A stretch of DNA of 61,178 nt, from contig JBBQUN010000002.1 in NCBI GenBank assembly GCA_038212405.1, positions 1-61,178 on the forward strand, read 5' to 3'. A program made the position numbers and the translations under genes. This DNA comes from Acidimicrobiales bacterium. Its GTDB lineage: Bacteria; Actinomycetota; Acidimicrobiia; Acidimicrobiales; SZUA-35. How positions within the stretch are numbered: position 1 is the stretch's first letter; each line of letters starts with the position of its first letter. Of this stretch, positions 23,809-33,532 are shown one piece after another. The notes beneath the pieces are model-generated. The model saw only the letters and a program-made list of their open reading frames with translations. It was not told where the DNA came from and ran no database searches.

Positions 23809-25029
23809 ATGACGAATCTGAACAACGATCGGTCAAGAGTTGCGAGCCGGTCGAACGGCGATGTCGTGGCCGGCTCGTCCGTGAGCCCGGACCAGAACCG
23901 GGTCCTACTCTCGGCTCCCGACGTCGGCCCGGCCGAACGCGAAGCCTTGCTACGGGCGTTCGACAGCGGATGGATTGCTCCGCTTGGCCCCGAGGTCGAT
24001 GCGTTCGAGGCTGAGCTTGCCGGCTACGTGGGTGCGGAATCGTGCGTTGCCCTGGCCAGCGGTACCGCAGCGCTCCAGCTTGCGCTGATCGCGGTCGGCG
24101 TCAAGCCGGGCGACGAGGTGGTCGTGCAGTCAGCCACCTTCGCCGCATCCGCCTTTGCCGCCGTGCACGCCGGTGCCGTTCCTGTCTTCTGTGACAGCGA
24201 TCGCGCCACCTGGAACATGGACCCCGACGCTCTCGAATCGCTGCTCGAACAGCGTGCAGCGAGTGGTCGACTTCCTGCTGCCGTGATGCCGGTCGACCTC
24301 TATGGGATGCTGGCCGACTACGAGCGAATCGAAGCCATCTGTGCCCGGTTCGACGTGCCTCTGGTGGAGGATGCGGCCGAAGCGCTGGGATCGATCGGAA
24401 ACGATGGTCGCTTTGGCGGAACGTACGGGAACTGCGGCGCGGTGTCGTTCAACGGCAACAAGATCATCACCACGAGTGGGGGAGGAGCGCTCTTCGGCCC
24501 GCCCGAGATCACCGAACGTGTCCGGTTCCTCGCCACCCAAGCGCGTCAACCCGAGCTGCACTACGAACACCTCGAGATCGGTCACAATGCTCGGCTCTCG
24601 AATCTGCTTGCTGGTATCGGCCGAGCGCAGCTCGTCAGCCTCGAGAGCAAGATCGAGCGCCGGACTGCTGTCTTCGACACATACCACGAGGCCTTTCCCC
24701 AGATCGAGTGGATGCCCGCGGGTGTGACGAGTCGCCCCAATCGTTGGTTGAGCGTCGGATTGTTGCCCGAGGGCATCAGCCCCGCGGCAGTTTGCAAGGC
24801 TTTGGAAGAGCACGATGTCGAGGCTCGACCGGCTTGGAAGCCAATGCACGCACAACCGATTTTTGCTTCCAACCAGGCCGAAGTGTTGGCGGTTGCCAAC
24901 GAGATCTTCGCCCGCGGCATCTGTCTTCCTTCTGGCTCGGCGATGACGGATACCGATATCGAGCGAGTCGTCGTTGCGCTCCGGCTTGCCCTCGAAGCTG
25001 CTCCACAACGCGTGTCTGCGGCGTCATGA
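23809..25029 (+). CDS. DegT/DnrJ/EryC1-family PLP-dependent sugar aminotransferase (PglE-like)
   Basis: ATG 23809 lies inside ORF 23638..25029. Pattern: LSAPDVGPAEREALLRAFDSGWIAPLGPEVDAFE..., SGTAALQLAL, GAVSFNGNKIITTSGGGAL (catalytic Lys region). Confidence 0.85.
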   Translation: MTNLNNDRSRVASRSNGDVVAGSSVSPDQNRVLLSAPDVGPAEREALLRAFDSGWIAPLGPEVDAFEAELAGYVGAESCVALASGTAALQLALIAVGVKPGDEVVVQSATFAASAFAAVHAGAVPVFCDSDRATWNMDPDALESLLEQRAASGRLPAAVMPVDLYGMLADYERIEAICARFDVPLVEDAAEALGSIGNDGRFGGTYGNCGAVSFNGNKIITTSGGGALFGPPEITERVRFLATQARQPELHYEHLEIGHNARLSNLLAGIGRAQLVSLESKIERRTAVFDTYHEAFPQIEWMPAGVTSRPNRWLSVGLLPEGISPAAVCKALEEHDVEARPAWKPMHAQPIFASNQAEVLAVANEIFARGICLPSGSAMTDTDIERVVVALRLALEAAPQRVSAAS

Positions 25030-25265
25030 CGCAGGATCACACCATCGGCTATCTCGACTTCCTCGGGCTTCAGGCTGAAGCACGCGTGGTGCTCCCCGAT
25101 TCGGGTGGCCTCCAGGAGGAAACGACCGCTCTCGGTGTGCCGTGTCTCTCCTTGTGGCCAAGCACCGAGCGGCCCATCACGATCACCGAGGGCACGAATC
25201 GTCTCGTCGTTGCTGCAGCACTCTTCAAGCTGGAGAGCCTGCACCCGACCGACCTCACGAACTGA
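25026..25265 (+). pseudogene. wecB: C-terminal fragment of UDP-N-acetylglucosamine 2-epimerase (about the last 80 aa only)
   Basis: Translation MTQDHTIGYLDFLGLQAEARVVLPDSGGLQEETTALGVPCLSLWPSTERPITITEGTNRLV matches the conserved WecB block YL.F..L...A..vLTDSGGiQEE...LG.P.L..R..TERPE....GT..LVG. The N-terminal ~260 aa of a normal epimerase are absent. ATGA overlap with the aminotransferase stop. Confidence 0.65.
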
Positions 25266-25268
25266 ACG

Positions 25269-25913
25269 ATGGACTCAAACCCCATGAGCTCGGTGACGAT
25301 TCTCGGTGGCGGCGGACATGGCAGCGATGTACTTGCGGTGATCGAAGCGCTGGCCGGTGGCAGCCGCTTCGATCACGTGCTCGTCGCCGACGATCAGTTC
25401 GCCAGACGTGAGCGATTCGAGGACCGATCGGTGGAGTTGGTCGACGGATTGGCCAATGCACTCGACCGCTGCCCTCGATTCGTCTCCGGCATCGGTGATC
25501 CGAGCCTGCGCCGTCTGACATGCGAGAAGGTCGGTGCTTCCGGCCTCGCAGTCGACGTCCTCGTGCATCGTTCGGCCGACATCGGTGCCGGGTTTCGTGC
25601 GGGCGCGGGCTCGGTGGTCTTCGGGCAGGTATGGGTTTCGCCACGAGTCCAGATGGGGATGCACGTTCACGTGTCTTACGGAACGACGATCGGGCATGAC
25701 TCGCTGATCGGCGACTTCACGGGCGTCATGCCGGGGTGCGGAATCGCCGGCGACGTCGACATCGGCACCGGTGTGATGGTGGGTGCGGGAGCGATGATCT
25801 TGCAAGGCCTGCGTCTTGGTGATGGTGCGGTGATCGGCGCAGGCGCCGTGGTGACCAAGAATGTTGCGCCGGGTGCCACCGTCGTTGGTGTGCCTGCTAG
25901 GCAAGTGGGATGA
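25269..25913 (+). CDS. Sugar N-acetyltransferase, NeuD/PglD family (left-handed beta-helix)
   Basis: 214 aa. N-terminal ILGGGGHGSDVLAVIE, then C-terminal hexapeptide repeats GVMPGCGIAGDVDIGTGVMVGAGAMILQGLRLGDGAVIGAGAVVTKNVAPGATVVGVPAR. Confidence 0.8.
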   Translation: MDSNPMSSVTILGGGGHGSDVLAVIEALAGGSRFDHVLVADDQFARRERFEDRSVELVDGLANALDRCPRFVSGIGDPSLRRLTCEKVGASGLAVDVLVHRSADIGAGFRAGAGSVVFGQVWVSPRVQMGMHVHVSYGTTIGHDSLIGDFTGVMPGCGIAGDVDIGTGVMVGAGAMILQGLRLGDGAVIGAGAVVTKNVAPGATVVGVPARQVG

Positions 25914-27094
25914 GTCGCCGTGTGCTCGTTCTCAACCAGTTCGCCCTGCCGCTCAGCGGCGGTGGTGGGACCCGTCATGTGGAAATCTTCGGTCGTTTGA
26001 GGGATTGGGACGTAGAGATCGTTGCGGCCGACAAGCACTACTTCGACCAGAGCCCCGTCCGGTCAGAGGGAATCCTGCACACCGTTCCCGTCACTCGGTT
26101 CAGCGGAAACGGACTGTCTCGCATCATCAACTGGGCCAGCTTCTCCGGGATGGCCTTGGTCTACGGGCTTTGGCGGCCCAAGCCCGACGTGGTCTACGGC
26201 TCATCGCCGCACCTCGGTGCGGCACTTGCCGGTCTCATCATCGCCAAGCTCCGTCGGGCTGGTGTCGTGCTCGAGGTTCGTGACCTGTGGCCACAGATCC
26301 TGGTTGACTCGGGGATGATGTCAGCCGAGTCGAAGGTCTTTCGGCTGCTCCGGTGGCTCGAGCGCTTTCTTTACTGCTCAGCCGATCGCATCGTGATTCT
26401 TGCCGAAGGGAGCCGGGGGCCGATCGTCTCTCTCGGTATCGCCGATGACAAGATCGTCTTCATCCCCAATGGTGCCGACCCCGACGATTTCATTCCGACT
26501 GCCGATCGGGTCGTTCTGCGTGAACGCTACGGATTCGATTCGTTCACTGCCGTCTATGCGGGAGCGCACGGCCCGGCCAATGGGCTTGACCTGGTCCTCG
26601 ATGCCGCTGCCGAGCTCAAAGTGATGGGTAGTGACATCACGATTTGCCTCGTCGGCGATGGTGTCGTCAAGGCCGACCTCGTCGATCGAGCAAGGCGCGA
26701 TGGGCTGAGCAACGTGAAGTTCATGGATCCGATACCGAAGACCGAAATGGCCGACCTACTCGGCGCGGCCGATGTTGGGCTTCACAGTCTCGCCGATATC
26801 GAACTCTTCAAAACGGGAGTGAGCCCGAACAAGTTGTACGACTACATGGCGGCCGGACTGCCGGCATTGACCAACACCGGCGGCGACGTTGCCGGGATGG
26901 TCCGAGAAGCCGGTTCTGGAATCGCCGTCGAACCAACGGGCATCGCTGAGGGTTTGATGGAGCTGTCGTCGATCGATGACGAAGCCCGAGCGGCCATGTG
27001 CTCGAACGGGCGAGCCTTCATGGAAGCCGAACGTTCGAGATCGGCGATGGCCCAAAGAGTTGAGACCGTTCTCGACGCCGTGTCGAAACGATGA
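25910..27094 (+). CDS. GT4-family glycosyltransferase (WbuB-like)
   Basis: 394 aa. N-terminus VLVLNQFALPLSGGGGTRHVEIF. The C-terminal GT-B domain has SPNKLYDYMAAGLPAL. ATGA-type overlap with the neighbouring genes. Confidence 0.75.
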   Translation: MSRRVLVLNQFALPLSGGGGTRHVEIFGRLRDWDVEIVAADKHYFDQSPVRSEGILHTVPVTRFSGNGLSRIINWASFSGMALVYGLWRPKPDVVYGSSPHLGAALAGLIIAKLRRAGVVLEVRDLWPQILVDSGMMSAESKVFRLLRWLERFLYCSADRIVILAEGSRGPIVSLGIADDKIVFIPNGADPDDFIPTADRVVLRERYGFDSFTAVYAGAHGPANGLDLVLDAAAELKVMGSDITICLVGDGVVKADLVDRARRDGLSNVKFMDPIPKTEMADLLGAADVGLHSLADIELFKTGVSPNKLYDYMAAGLPALTNTGGDVAGMVREAGSGIAVEPTGIAEGLMELSSIDDEARAAMCSNGRAFMEAERSRSAMAQRVETVLDAVSKR

Positions 27095-28956
27095 GCGCTT
27101 TGATTCGGCGAATCAAACTGCTGCCGTTATACGTGGACGTCGTACGCCGACTCGGTATCGGGTGGGTGCTCTTTCGCATTCGCTACGCACTCGAGCTTCG
27201 AACCGGTGTGCATGTTCGACGATCGCCGATGAAACCGTGGCCGGTGTCCATTCCTACGTCGGACCGTCCACCCAGCGTGATCTCGCCCGAAACACTCGCG
27301 CCATGGCTTCGCGAGCACTACACCGATGAGCAGAAGGCCGAACTGCAGCAGCACGTGGACGACCTCCGCGTACGGCGCTTCGACGTGTTCGGTACGAAGG
27401 TCGACCTCGCATCGTGGCACGACGACCCTTACTCCGGGGTCACGTACCCAAGGGGTCTGCACTGGTCAAGGGTTCCCGAATTCGAAGAGGCTGACATCAA
27501 GCGGGTATGGGAACCGAGCCGCTTCGGCTGGGTGTTCGACCTCGTTCGAGCCCACCACCTCCTACCCGAGAGTGGCGCCGGCGAGCTCTTCTGGGAGCTC
27601 TTCGGGGAGTGGTGTGAGCAGAATCCGCCGAATGAGGGAGTCAATTGGAAGTGTGGCCAGGAAGCCAGCATCCGCCTCATGGCCATCACTTGCGCGGTCC
27701 AGGGAATGCCGGAAACGCTCACTGATACTCGCGCCGGAATGATTCGCACATTTGCCGAGGTGACGGGAGCACGAGTCGAGTCCAACATCGCCTACGCCAG
27801 GAGCCAGAAGAACAACCACCATGCCAGCGAAGCGGTTGGGCTTTTGACGGCGGGCTACTGGACTGGTGAGCGGATCGGCCAACGGCGGATCAAACTAGGC
27901 CTTCACCACATGATCGACGTTTCAGAGACGTTAATCTTTTCCGATGGTGGATCATCGCAGTACTCGCTGAACTATCACCGGGTCTTTGTGCATAACTTGA
28001 TGTGGGCAGTTCTTCTCATCGAGACACTTCCGTCACTGGTCCCTACGGAAATCGCAGGTGCGCTAGAACGAGCGGCTGGATTCATGGCAGCGATGGTCGA
28101 ACCAATTTCGGGTGAGGCTCCGTTCTTTGGACCCGATGACGGCACCCGTCTCCTCCCTCTCGATCGAGTGACGCATCGACATTTGAATGAGGACGCTTTG
28201 GTTGCGCTCGCCGTCGGAGCACCGACAAAGATGCCTGCGGGTCTGAAAGCTATGCAGGTTGAAGGAACACATTGGTTCGACAAGCAGGGCCCATCCGAGA
28301 CTGATGACAAGATCCCAGAAGTCGTCGCCCGGTCTTTCCCTGATATGGGAATCCACCTCCTTGCTGTCGGGGCGAATCGGGCATACGTCCGTTGTGGATC
28401 TTATAGATTTAGGCCTCACGAAGAGGACCAACTTCATTGCGATATTTGGGTCCACGGATCCAATATCGCACCTGACGCGGGAACCGGCAGCTACAAGCCA
28501 CAAGATGGCCAGACTGCAAAGGGTGACACGGTCGCTGAACACAACTCTGTATCGTGCTCGGGAAAGGGTCAAATGCAACATCTGGGACGATTTCTCTGGG
28601 CGCGATGGCCAACAGGAATTGGTCGAGTCAGCGGCGAACCGTTGAGAGCCACAGGTCAGTTTACCGCCAGTAGGTTTGGGGTCTATTCACTCAACCGAAG
28701 AGTGTCGATCACCCCAGGTGAAATCCGGGTCACGGACTCAGAGGACTTTGGCCGACCGTTAGAAATTCGATGGAACCTTTCATCAGATTCTCTACCAGAG
28801 GTGAGTTCTCCGAACCCGACTTCAGTCATAGTAAGGCCCGCCAGCCTCCGCAGCCTCGGCTACGGAACGGGTCAATTGTCCGTGCAACTAGCTGCATCGG
28901 GCTTGGGACCGATCAGCGCCGTCTTTTGCCCGACTCTGCCCGGGCCACGAACGTGA
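27091..28956 (+). CDS. Heparinase II/III-like family protein
   Basis: 621 aa. Blocks WEPSRFGWVFDLVRAHHLL, NPPNEGVNWKCGQEASIRLMAI and KNNHHASEAVGLLTAG resemble the heparinase II/III-like proteins commonly found next to WbuB-type GTs in O-antigen and EPS loci. Assignment is from memory of the family. Confidence 0.55.
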   Translation: MSALIRRIKLLPLYVDVVRRLGIGWVLFRIRYALELRTGVHVRRSPMKPWPVSIPTSDRPPSVISPETLAPWLREHYTDEQKAELQQHVDDLRVRRFDVFGTKVDLASWHDDPYSGVTYPRGLHWSRVPEFEEADIKRVWEPSRFGWVFDLVRAHHLLPESGAGELFWELFGEWCEQNPPNEGVNWKCGQEASIRLMAITCAVQGMPETLTDTRAGMIRTFAEVTGARVESNIAYARSQKNNHHASEAVGLLTAGYWTGERIGQRRIKLGLHHMIDVSETLIFSDGGSSQYSLNYHRVFVHNLMWAVLLIETLPSLVPTEIAGALERAAGFMAAMVEPISGEAPFFGPDDGTRLLPLDRVTHRHLNEDALVALAVGAPTKMPAGLKAMQVEGTHWFDKQGPSETDDKIPEVVARSFPDMGIHLLAVGANRAYVRCGSYRFRPHEEDQLHCDIWVHGSNIAPDAGTGSYKPQDGQTAKGDTVAEHNSVSCSGKGQMQHLGRFLWARWPTGIGRVSGEPLRATGQFTASRFGVYSLNRRVSITPGEIRVTDSEDFGRPLEIRWNLSSDSLPEVSSPNPTSVIVRPASLRSLGYGTGQLSVQLAASGLGPISAVFCPTLPGPRT

Positions 28957-29177
28957 GCAGGTGCAGCCAGCCCGGTAAGACGTGCGGCATCGTTCCACTC
29001 CTGCCTTCCGCTGATGCGGGATTGAGTCCGTACGGTCGGGCTGGGGTTGCTTGGATGATCACTCGCCCCTGTTCCGGGACACATGTAGACCCAAGTAGTG
29101 CATAGCGCTCGAATTCCGAGCTATGAGTCGATCATTTGAGCACATGGTGTCGGAGGCCAAGCAATCGAACCGTCGAT

Positions 29178-30401
29178 TCAATCTGAGCGGTGCTGTCGAC
29201 GTAAACGCCAGGCAAGAACGAACGCTATTATCGACTCCGATACCACCGTCGTGAGAGCCGCTCCAGGCGCGCCCCAATTCGGGATTGCCACCAAGTTGAG
29301 AGGGACATTGACTAGAGCTCCGCTGAGGACGGCGGCAGAGCGGTAACCCGCTCCTCCGTCGGCCACCACTGCCCAGCCCAGGATCCTCCATTGAATCCCT
29401 ATCACGAGCGAGAGCGACAGGAGTAGCGAAGTCGAGACTACGGCCTCCGCCTCGCCCAGACCGGAGTAGTGACTAACCGCCGCCAGCCCGACACTCGCAA
29501 ACAGGCAACCAACAGCGGTCTGTTTTGTCACGCGACGTCGCAAATGTCTTCGATGGCGAGATCGGTTGTGCCAATTTAGATCCAGTTGCCCGGCGATATT
29601 TCTGTCTAGAGCAGCCCCTGGAATTAGTAAAACAAATGAGAAAACCCTGACAGCAATGGCGTAAAATCCGAGTTCATTGACTCGACCAAGCCGTTCAAAC
29701 ATTAGTTGGTCGGATGTGGAGTTGACCGACTCAGCGAACGTGCCCGCGGAGTACTTCCAGCCCACCTTACTACGATCTGCTATCGAGGCCAAAGAGGGTA
29801 GCATCCAGCCAACATGGATGCGGTGAATAGCAATCATCGCTATCGCCGACGCCAATGCACCCGTTCCGTAGAGGGCACTGGCAGAGAGGAAATCCGCCGG
29901 CTTGTCTATCACACCAATTAATAGCAAAGGAGACAATCCGAAGGCGCGAGAGACCTCGTACGAAGCAGCCCGGAGCTCATGGTCTGCCGCAAGTGCGCAA
30001 GAAGCCACCGCTGTGTGCACCGAATTCAGCAACAGTCCGGTAGTGAGGACCATTGCCAGACCAGCAAATTGTGCTCCGGGCAGAAGGTAATTGGCAAGGA
30101 GTAGTGCGGGCGTACCTAGGAATAGAGCAGTCACGAGCATCGTTCCCATGGCGAGCCCACTCGCCTCTCGGGCGGCGTTATCGGACTTCTCGGGTTGACC
30201 AAGAAGTTGAACGGTTAGCGGATAAGTTCCCATGTTGACCACGCCAGCAATCAAACCCGTCATTGCAACCATCGCTGAGAAACGTCCTATATCGCTTCCT
30301 GTGAGAATCCGAGCGAGATTTAGAAAAACCAGGCCTTGGAGACCTGCTCGAAAAAACGAAGCAAGGCTGAGCCAACGGGCGGGCTTAATTTCTGGCGACA
30401 C
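29178..30401 (-). CDS. Wzx-like flippase (MOP-superfamily polysaccharide biosynthesis protein), copy 1
   Basis: 407 aa, polytopic. N-terminus WLSLASFFRAGLQGLVFLNLARILTGSDIGRFSAMVAM is typical of Wzx-type proteins. It lies in the A/T-rich core. Confidence 0.6.
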   Translation of the reverse strand: MSPEIKPARWLSLASFFRAGLQGLVFLNLARILTGSDIGRFSAMVAMTGLIAGVVNMGTYPLTVQLLGQPEKSDNAAREASGLAMGTMLVTALFLGTPALLLANYLLPGAQFAGLAMVLTTGLLLNSVHTAVASCALAADHELRAASYEVSRAFGLSPLLLIGVIDKPADFLSASALYGTGALASAIAMIAIHRIHVGWMLPSLASIADRSKVGWKYSAGTFAESVNSTSDQLMFERLGRVNELGFYAIAVRVFSFVLLIPGAALDRNIAGQLDLNWHNRSRHRRHLRRRVTKQTAVGCLFASVGLAAVSHYSGLGEAEAVVSTSLLLSLSLVIGIQWRILGWAVVADGGAGYRSAAVLSGALVNVPLNLVAIPNWGAPGAALTTVVSESIIAFVLAWRLRRQHRSD

Positions 30402-31455
30402 GAAGATGGTGAAGAAGAAGATCGATCACGGGCTGGCCAAGACCAGATCCATCACTGACGAGGCCGCCAAGATTGATCGCTTCCGCGATCGACACAGCAT
30501 CGCGCCCTGCTAATTCAACTCCCAAAGGGCGTGGTGAAACGTCAGATGCAACTACCCGCAAGCCCGCAGTCAGTGCTTCTCGGACAAACATCGAGTCACC
30601 ATCAGTTGATGTGGCGCGGATCAACAAATCGTAGGCGCTTAGTCTCGTGATTGAATCTGCGGGAGCCCACTGGCTGACGAACTGGACCCAACCCTCGGCG
30701 AACGCATCAGAGTGCCCTGATGGGTACTGTGCGGAGGGCCGAACCGGGAGGTCAGCCAATGAGGATATTGAGCCCACTTCTCCAGGCCAGCCATATGCAA
30801 CTATGTCGAGCGAGGCCTCCCCGCCCTTCGAGCGAACATGTCTTACAGCTTGAATTGCATAGTCCAGTCCGTAAACTTCAACTGCGTTCTTATTGCCAAG
30901 ATACGCAGAAGTTATGCATCTAATATTGGCACCATAGTTCGGCTCCCTAGCTACTGATGCCCTCCGGGGCGTGGCGCTCGATACAGGCGTGAAACAAGAT
31001 GCCTCTATCGACTCTATCCGAATGTCGTCGAGCGCCTGGCGAACTTTGCTGCCGTTGGAGTACACGATCGGGAAAACATGTTGAGATATGTGATGGAGAA
31101 GCGGGAAGGGTGACCGCAGTCCAGCTCGTCCAAGTGACTCGCCCGTCGTATGCACAAAGAGGCACGACTCTCCGCGACAAATGGCAGCCAAGACAGTATG
31201 TGCCTTGGCTGATCTAATCGAGCTCGCCCAGAACACATTGTAAGGCGCAGATGTGCGATCGGTAACCGATTTCAAGACCGCTAGTGGCGAGCTCAGGTTC
31301 ACGAGCGCAACTTCGTCGACTGCGTCAGAAGCGAGGAGACCGTGGGCTAGCGAGCGAGCAGATGAGCTCACGCCCCCATCGCTTCCGAGCTTGCTCCAGA
31401 TGCGAATACTTGGTCGTGAACTCGGCGATTCTCTTCCTGAATGTTTTGCTCTCAC
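30385..31455 (-). CDS. GT-B fold glycosyltransferase (GT4-like)
   Basis: 356 aa. IRIWSKLGSDGGVSSSARSLAHGL at the N-terminus, and ATSTDGDSMFVREALTAGLRVVASDVSPRP in the C-terminal domain. Confidence 0.6.
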   Translation of the reverse strand: MRAKHSGRESPSSRPSIRIWSKLGSDGGVSSSARSLAHGLLASDAVDEVALVNLSSPLAVLKSVTDRTSAPYNVFWASSIRSAKAHTVLAAICRGESCLFVHTTGESLGRAGLRSPFPLLHHISQHVFPIVYSNGSKVRQALDDIRIESIEASCFTPVSSATPRRASVAREPNYGANIRCITSAYLGNKNAVEVYGLDYAIQAVRHVRSKGGEASLDIVAYGWPGEVGSISSLADLPVRPSAQYPSGHSDAFAEGWVQFVSQWAPADSITRLSAYDLLIRATSTDGDSMFVREALTAGLRVVASDVSPRPLGVELAGRDAVSIAEAINLGGLVSDGSGLGQPVIDLLLHHLRVARN

Positions 31456-32072
31456 AGCGAGTCGTCATGCGGATCGCGAGCGTTCGGAGCGCCGCCGAAC
31501 GCTGTTGCGAGCTGATCCGGATTCAGCCGGAAAATGTCGCCTTTTAGAATGGTTCGTCGAACATCTTCGCTCAATGTTCTTTGTCCGACGGTGCGTGCTG
31601 GGACGCCAGCTACTATCTGGAAGGCCTCCACAGGTCGAGTCACAATGGCTCCAGCTCCTATCACCGCTCCTGATCCAATACTTGCGCCCTGCAGAACCAC
31701 CGAATTTGCTCCGATCCAGACGTCGTCGCCAATCAGTGGCGGGTTGGGGAACTGCTCGTATGAAAGCGGATAGAAGCTTGAAGTGCCCACGCGACTGGAC
31801 AAGATCGGATGATTGTGAGGGTGCGTGGGCGGACCTATTATCGAGTTGTAGCCAATCGAGCAGTACCGGCCAAGTGTTCCTGAAAATACGCGAGCTCCAC
31901 CGTTGATGTAGCTATAGTCTCCGATGGCTGCGGACTGGCCAATATAAGTCCCATCCATGATCCAAACATGCATGCCAATAGTGGCACCCGGTGCGATGCC
32001 GCTACTACGAATCGTGAGATCTCGACGGATTAATCGTAGTCGTACGCTGTTGGCGAAAGTCCGGGCTCCCAT
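31452..32072 (-). CDS. Hexapeptide-repeat O-acetyltransferase (LbH)
   Basis: 206 aa. Repeats GDDVWIGANSVVLQGASIGSGAVIGAGAIVTRPVEAFQIVAGVPARTV. ATGA overlap with the downstream GT. Confidence 0.75.
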   Translation of the reverse strand: MGARTFANSVRLRLIRRDLTIRSSGIAPGATIGMHVWIMDGTYIGQSAAIGDYSYINGGARVFSGTLGRYCSIGYNSIIGPPTHPHNHPILSSRVGTSSFYPLSYEQFPNPPLIGDDVWIGANSVVLQGASIGSGAVIGAGAIVTRPVEAFQIVAGVPARTVGQRTLSEDVRRTILKGDIFRLNPDQLATAFGGAPNARDPHDDSL

Positions 32073-33457
32073 GGTGCAACTCCCTTCTCGTCAGATTTAG
32101 TGAATGCTTCGCCGGCGATTGCACCAGCGTTTTTTGGTCGACTGGCAGCGATCATGATTGTGGCCAAGGCAAATGTGTATGACGCTTCCCTGAGGCTGAA
32201 ATTGATCCTATTTAAATCGAGACTCATGAATACGAGAACTGCGCCCTGCGCTCTGAAATGCTTTCCAACACGCATGGCATCTACGGCGCAGAAGGTGAGT
32301 CCTACCAGAGCGCCACCGACAAATGCGTAGTAGATCGAAAAGTTGTAGGCAGCTTCGGCAGCAGGGTGGAAACCATAGCCGGAACCACTGGAGTTGCCGT
32401 TAACCGCGTCTGCGAAATCCCGTCCTAGCGTTGTGGGCGGGAAAGACGGAATTGCAGAGAGCAATCCCCGGATGTATGTCGTGCCGACTAGTGGAAATTG
32501 GCTGGAAAGATCACTGTTTGTGGAGCTTTTGATGGAAAAGAGAGACATTGCAGGTCCAGCGAACTCGTGGCTGCTGGGGTAATAGAGCGGTCTATCTTGC
32601 CCGGCTTCCTGAGTGGTCTGCACTGCCTGATCGATGGTGATTGAGCCATTCAAGAGTTCAGGTATCGCCCACCGATACCTAGCGAAAAGGAGTAAGACTA
32701 GGACTAGACTGCCAAGTGCCATCAGGCTTCGGACTCGCCCCAGTCGTTTTTGAAGAGATCCCCCGAAACTCCAGTCGAATGGTGTCTCTGCGATACCGAT
32801 GAGCAGGGCGAGCCCCACGAACCTTCTGTCACCATTCACTGCCGATGCTGCTGCGAGTACACCGGCGATCAGTATGACGTAGCGTTTTAGGCGCCTGCGC
32901 GCTCTCGCATCACTCGTGCCACCGAGCTCTGTTAGAGCGATTGCGAGTGCAGTCATCATCGCGCCATAGAGAAGGAAGATGCTCGACCCGTAGCCCGACC
33001 GGTCACCGCGTCTGCTTGCTAGGACAGTGGAGATACCTACCGTTGACGCCAAGTAGACAATGGCTCCGGCAGCTATCAATGATGTTATAAAGAGTAGGCG
33101 TCCAGGGCTAATGGTCGGCTGTGTCGTGCGCTTAGAGAGTTCGATTTCATTGTTGAGTTTTCTTCGGTAGGGAGCCCCGACAGTCTGAACAGTTGCTACC
33201 ACCCCGACATAGAACGACGTGGCCGCTATAGCGGCCGATGTTCTGCCAATTTGAAACCCTCCCCGATCGAGGATTTCGACAAATCGGACATTGCTGAGAT
33301 CTGTTCGCAACCCCATTTCGAGGAGGATGGGGCCTGTGTAGACAGCGTAAACTATCAAGAAAAGGTCAGCGGCCGATTTCCGACCAGAGTGTTGTTGGCG
33401 CTTGATTAAAACCAACAGTGTCATGGTGATTGTGAATCCACAGATGGCCGCAGTCAC
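32030..33457 (-). CDS. Wzy-like O-antigen/EPS repeat-unit polymerase, copy 1
   Basis: 475 aa with more than 10 hydrophobic segments and low sequence complexity. A/T-rich codon usage, and positioned next to wzx, as is typical for wzy. The call rests on architecture and context only. Confidence 0.5.
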   Translation of the reverse strand: MTAAICGFTITMTLLVLIKRQQHSGRKSAADLFLIVYAVYTGPILLEMGLRTDLSNVRFVEILDRGGFQIGRTSAAIAATSFYVGVVATVQTVGAPYRRKLNNEIELSKRTTQPTISPGRLLFITSLIAAGAIVYLASTVGISTVLASRRGDRSGYGSSIFLLYGAMMTALAIALTELGGTSDARARRRLKRYVILIAGVLAAASAVNGDRRFVGLALLIGIAETPFDWSFGGSLQKRLGRVRSLMALGSLVLVLLLFARYRWAIPELLNGSITIDQAVQTTQEAGQDRPLYYPSSHEFAGPAMSLFSIKSSTNSDLSSQFPLVGTTYIRGLLSAIPSFPPTTLGRDFADAVNGNSSGSGYGFHPAAEAAYNFSIYYAFVGGALVGLTFCAVDAMRVGKHFRAQGAVLVFMSLDLNRINFSLREASYTFALATIMIAASRPKNAGAIAGEAFTKSDEKGVAPWEPGLSPTAYDYD

Positions 33458-33532
33458 TGGGCATCAGCCTTTCGGATCGGCTGTCGTCGCGAGAGTCTGG
33501 ATGTAGTCGTGACTCGTGTGAGAATCATTGTC

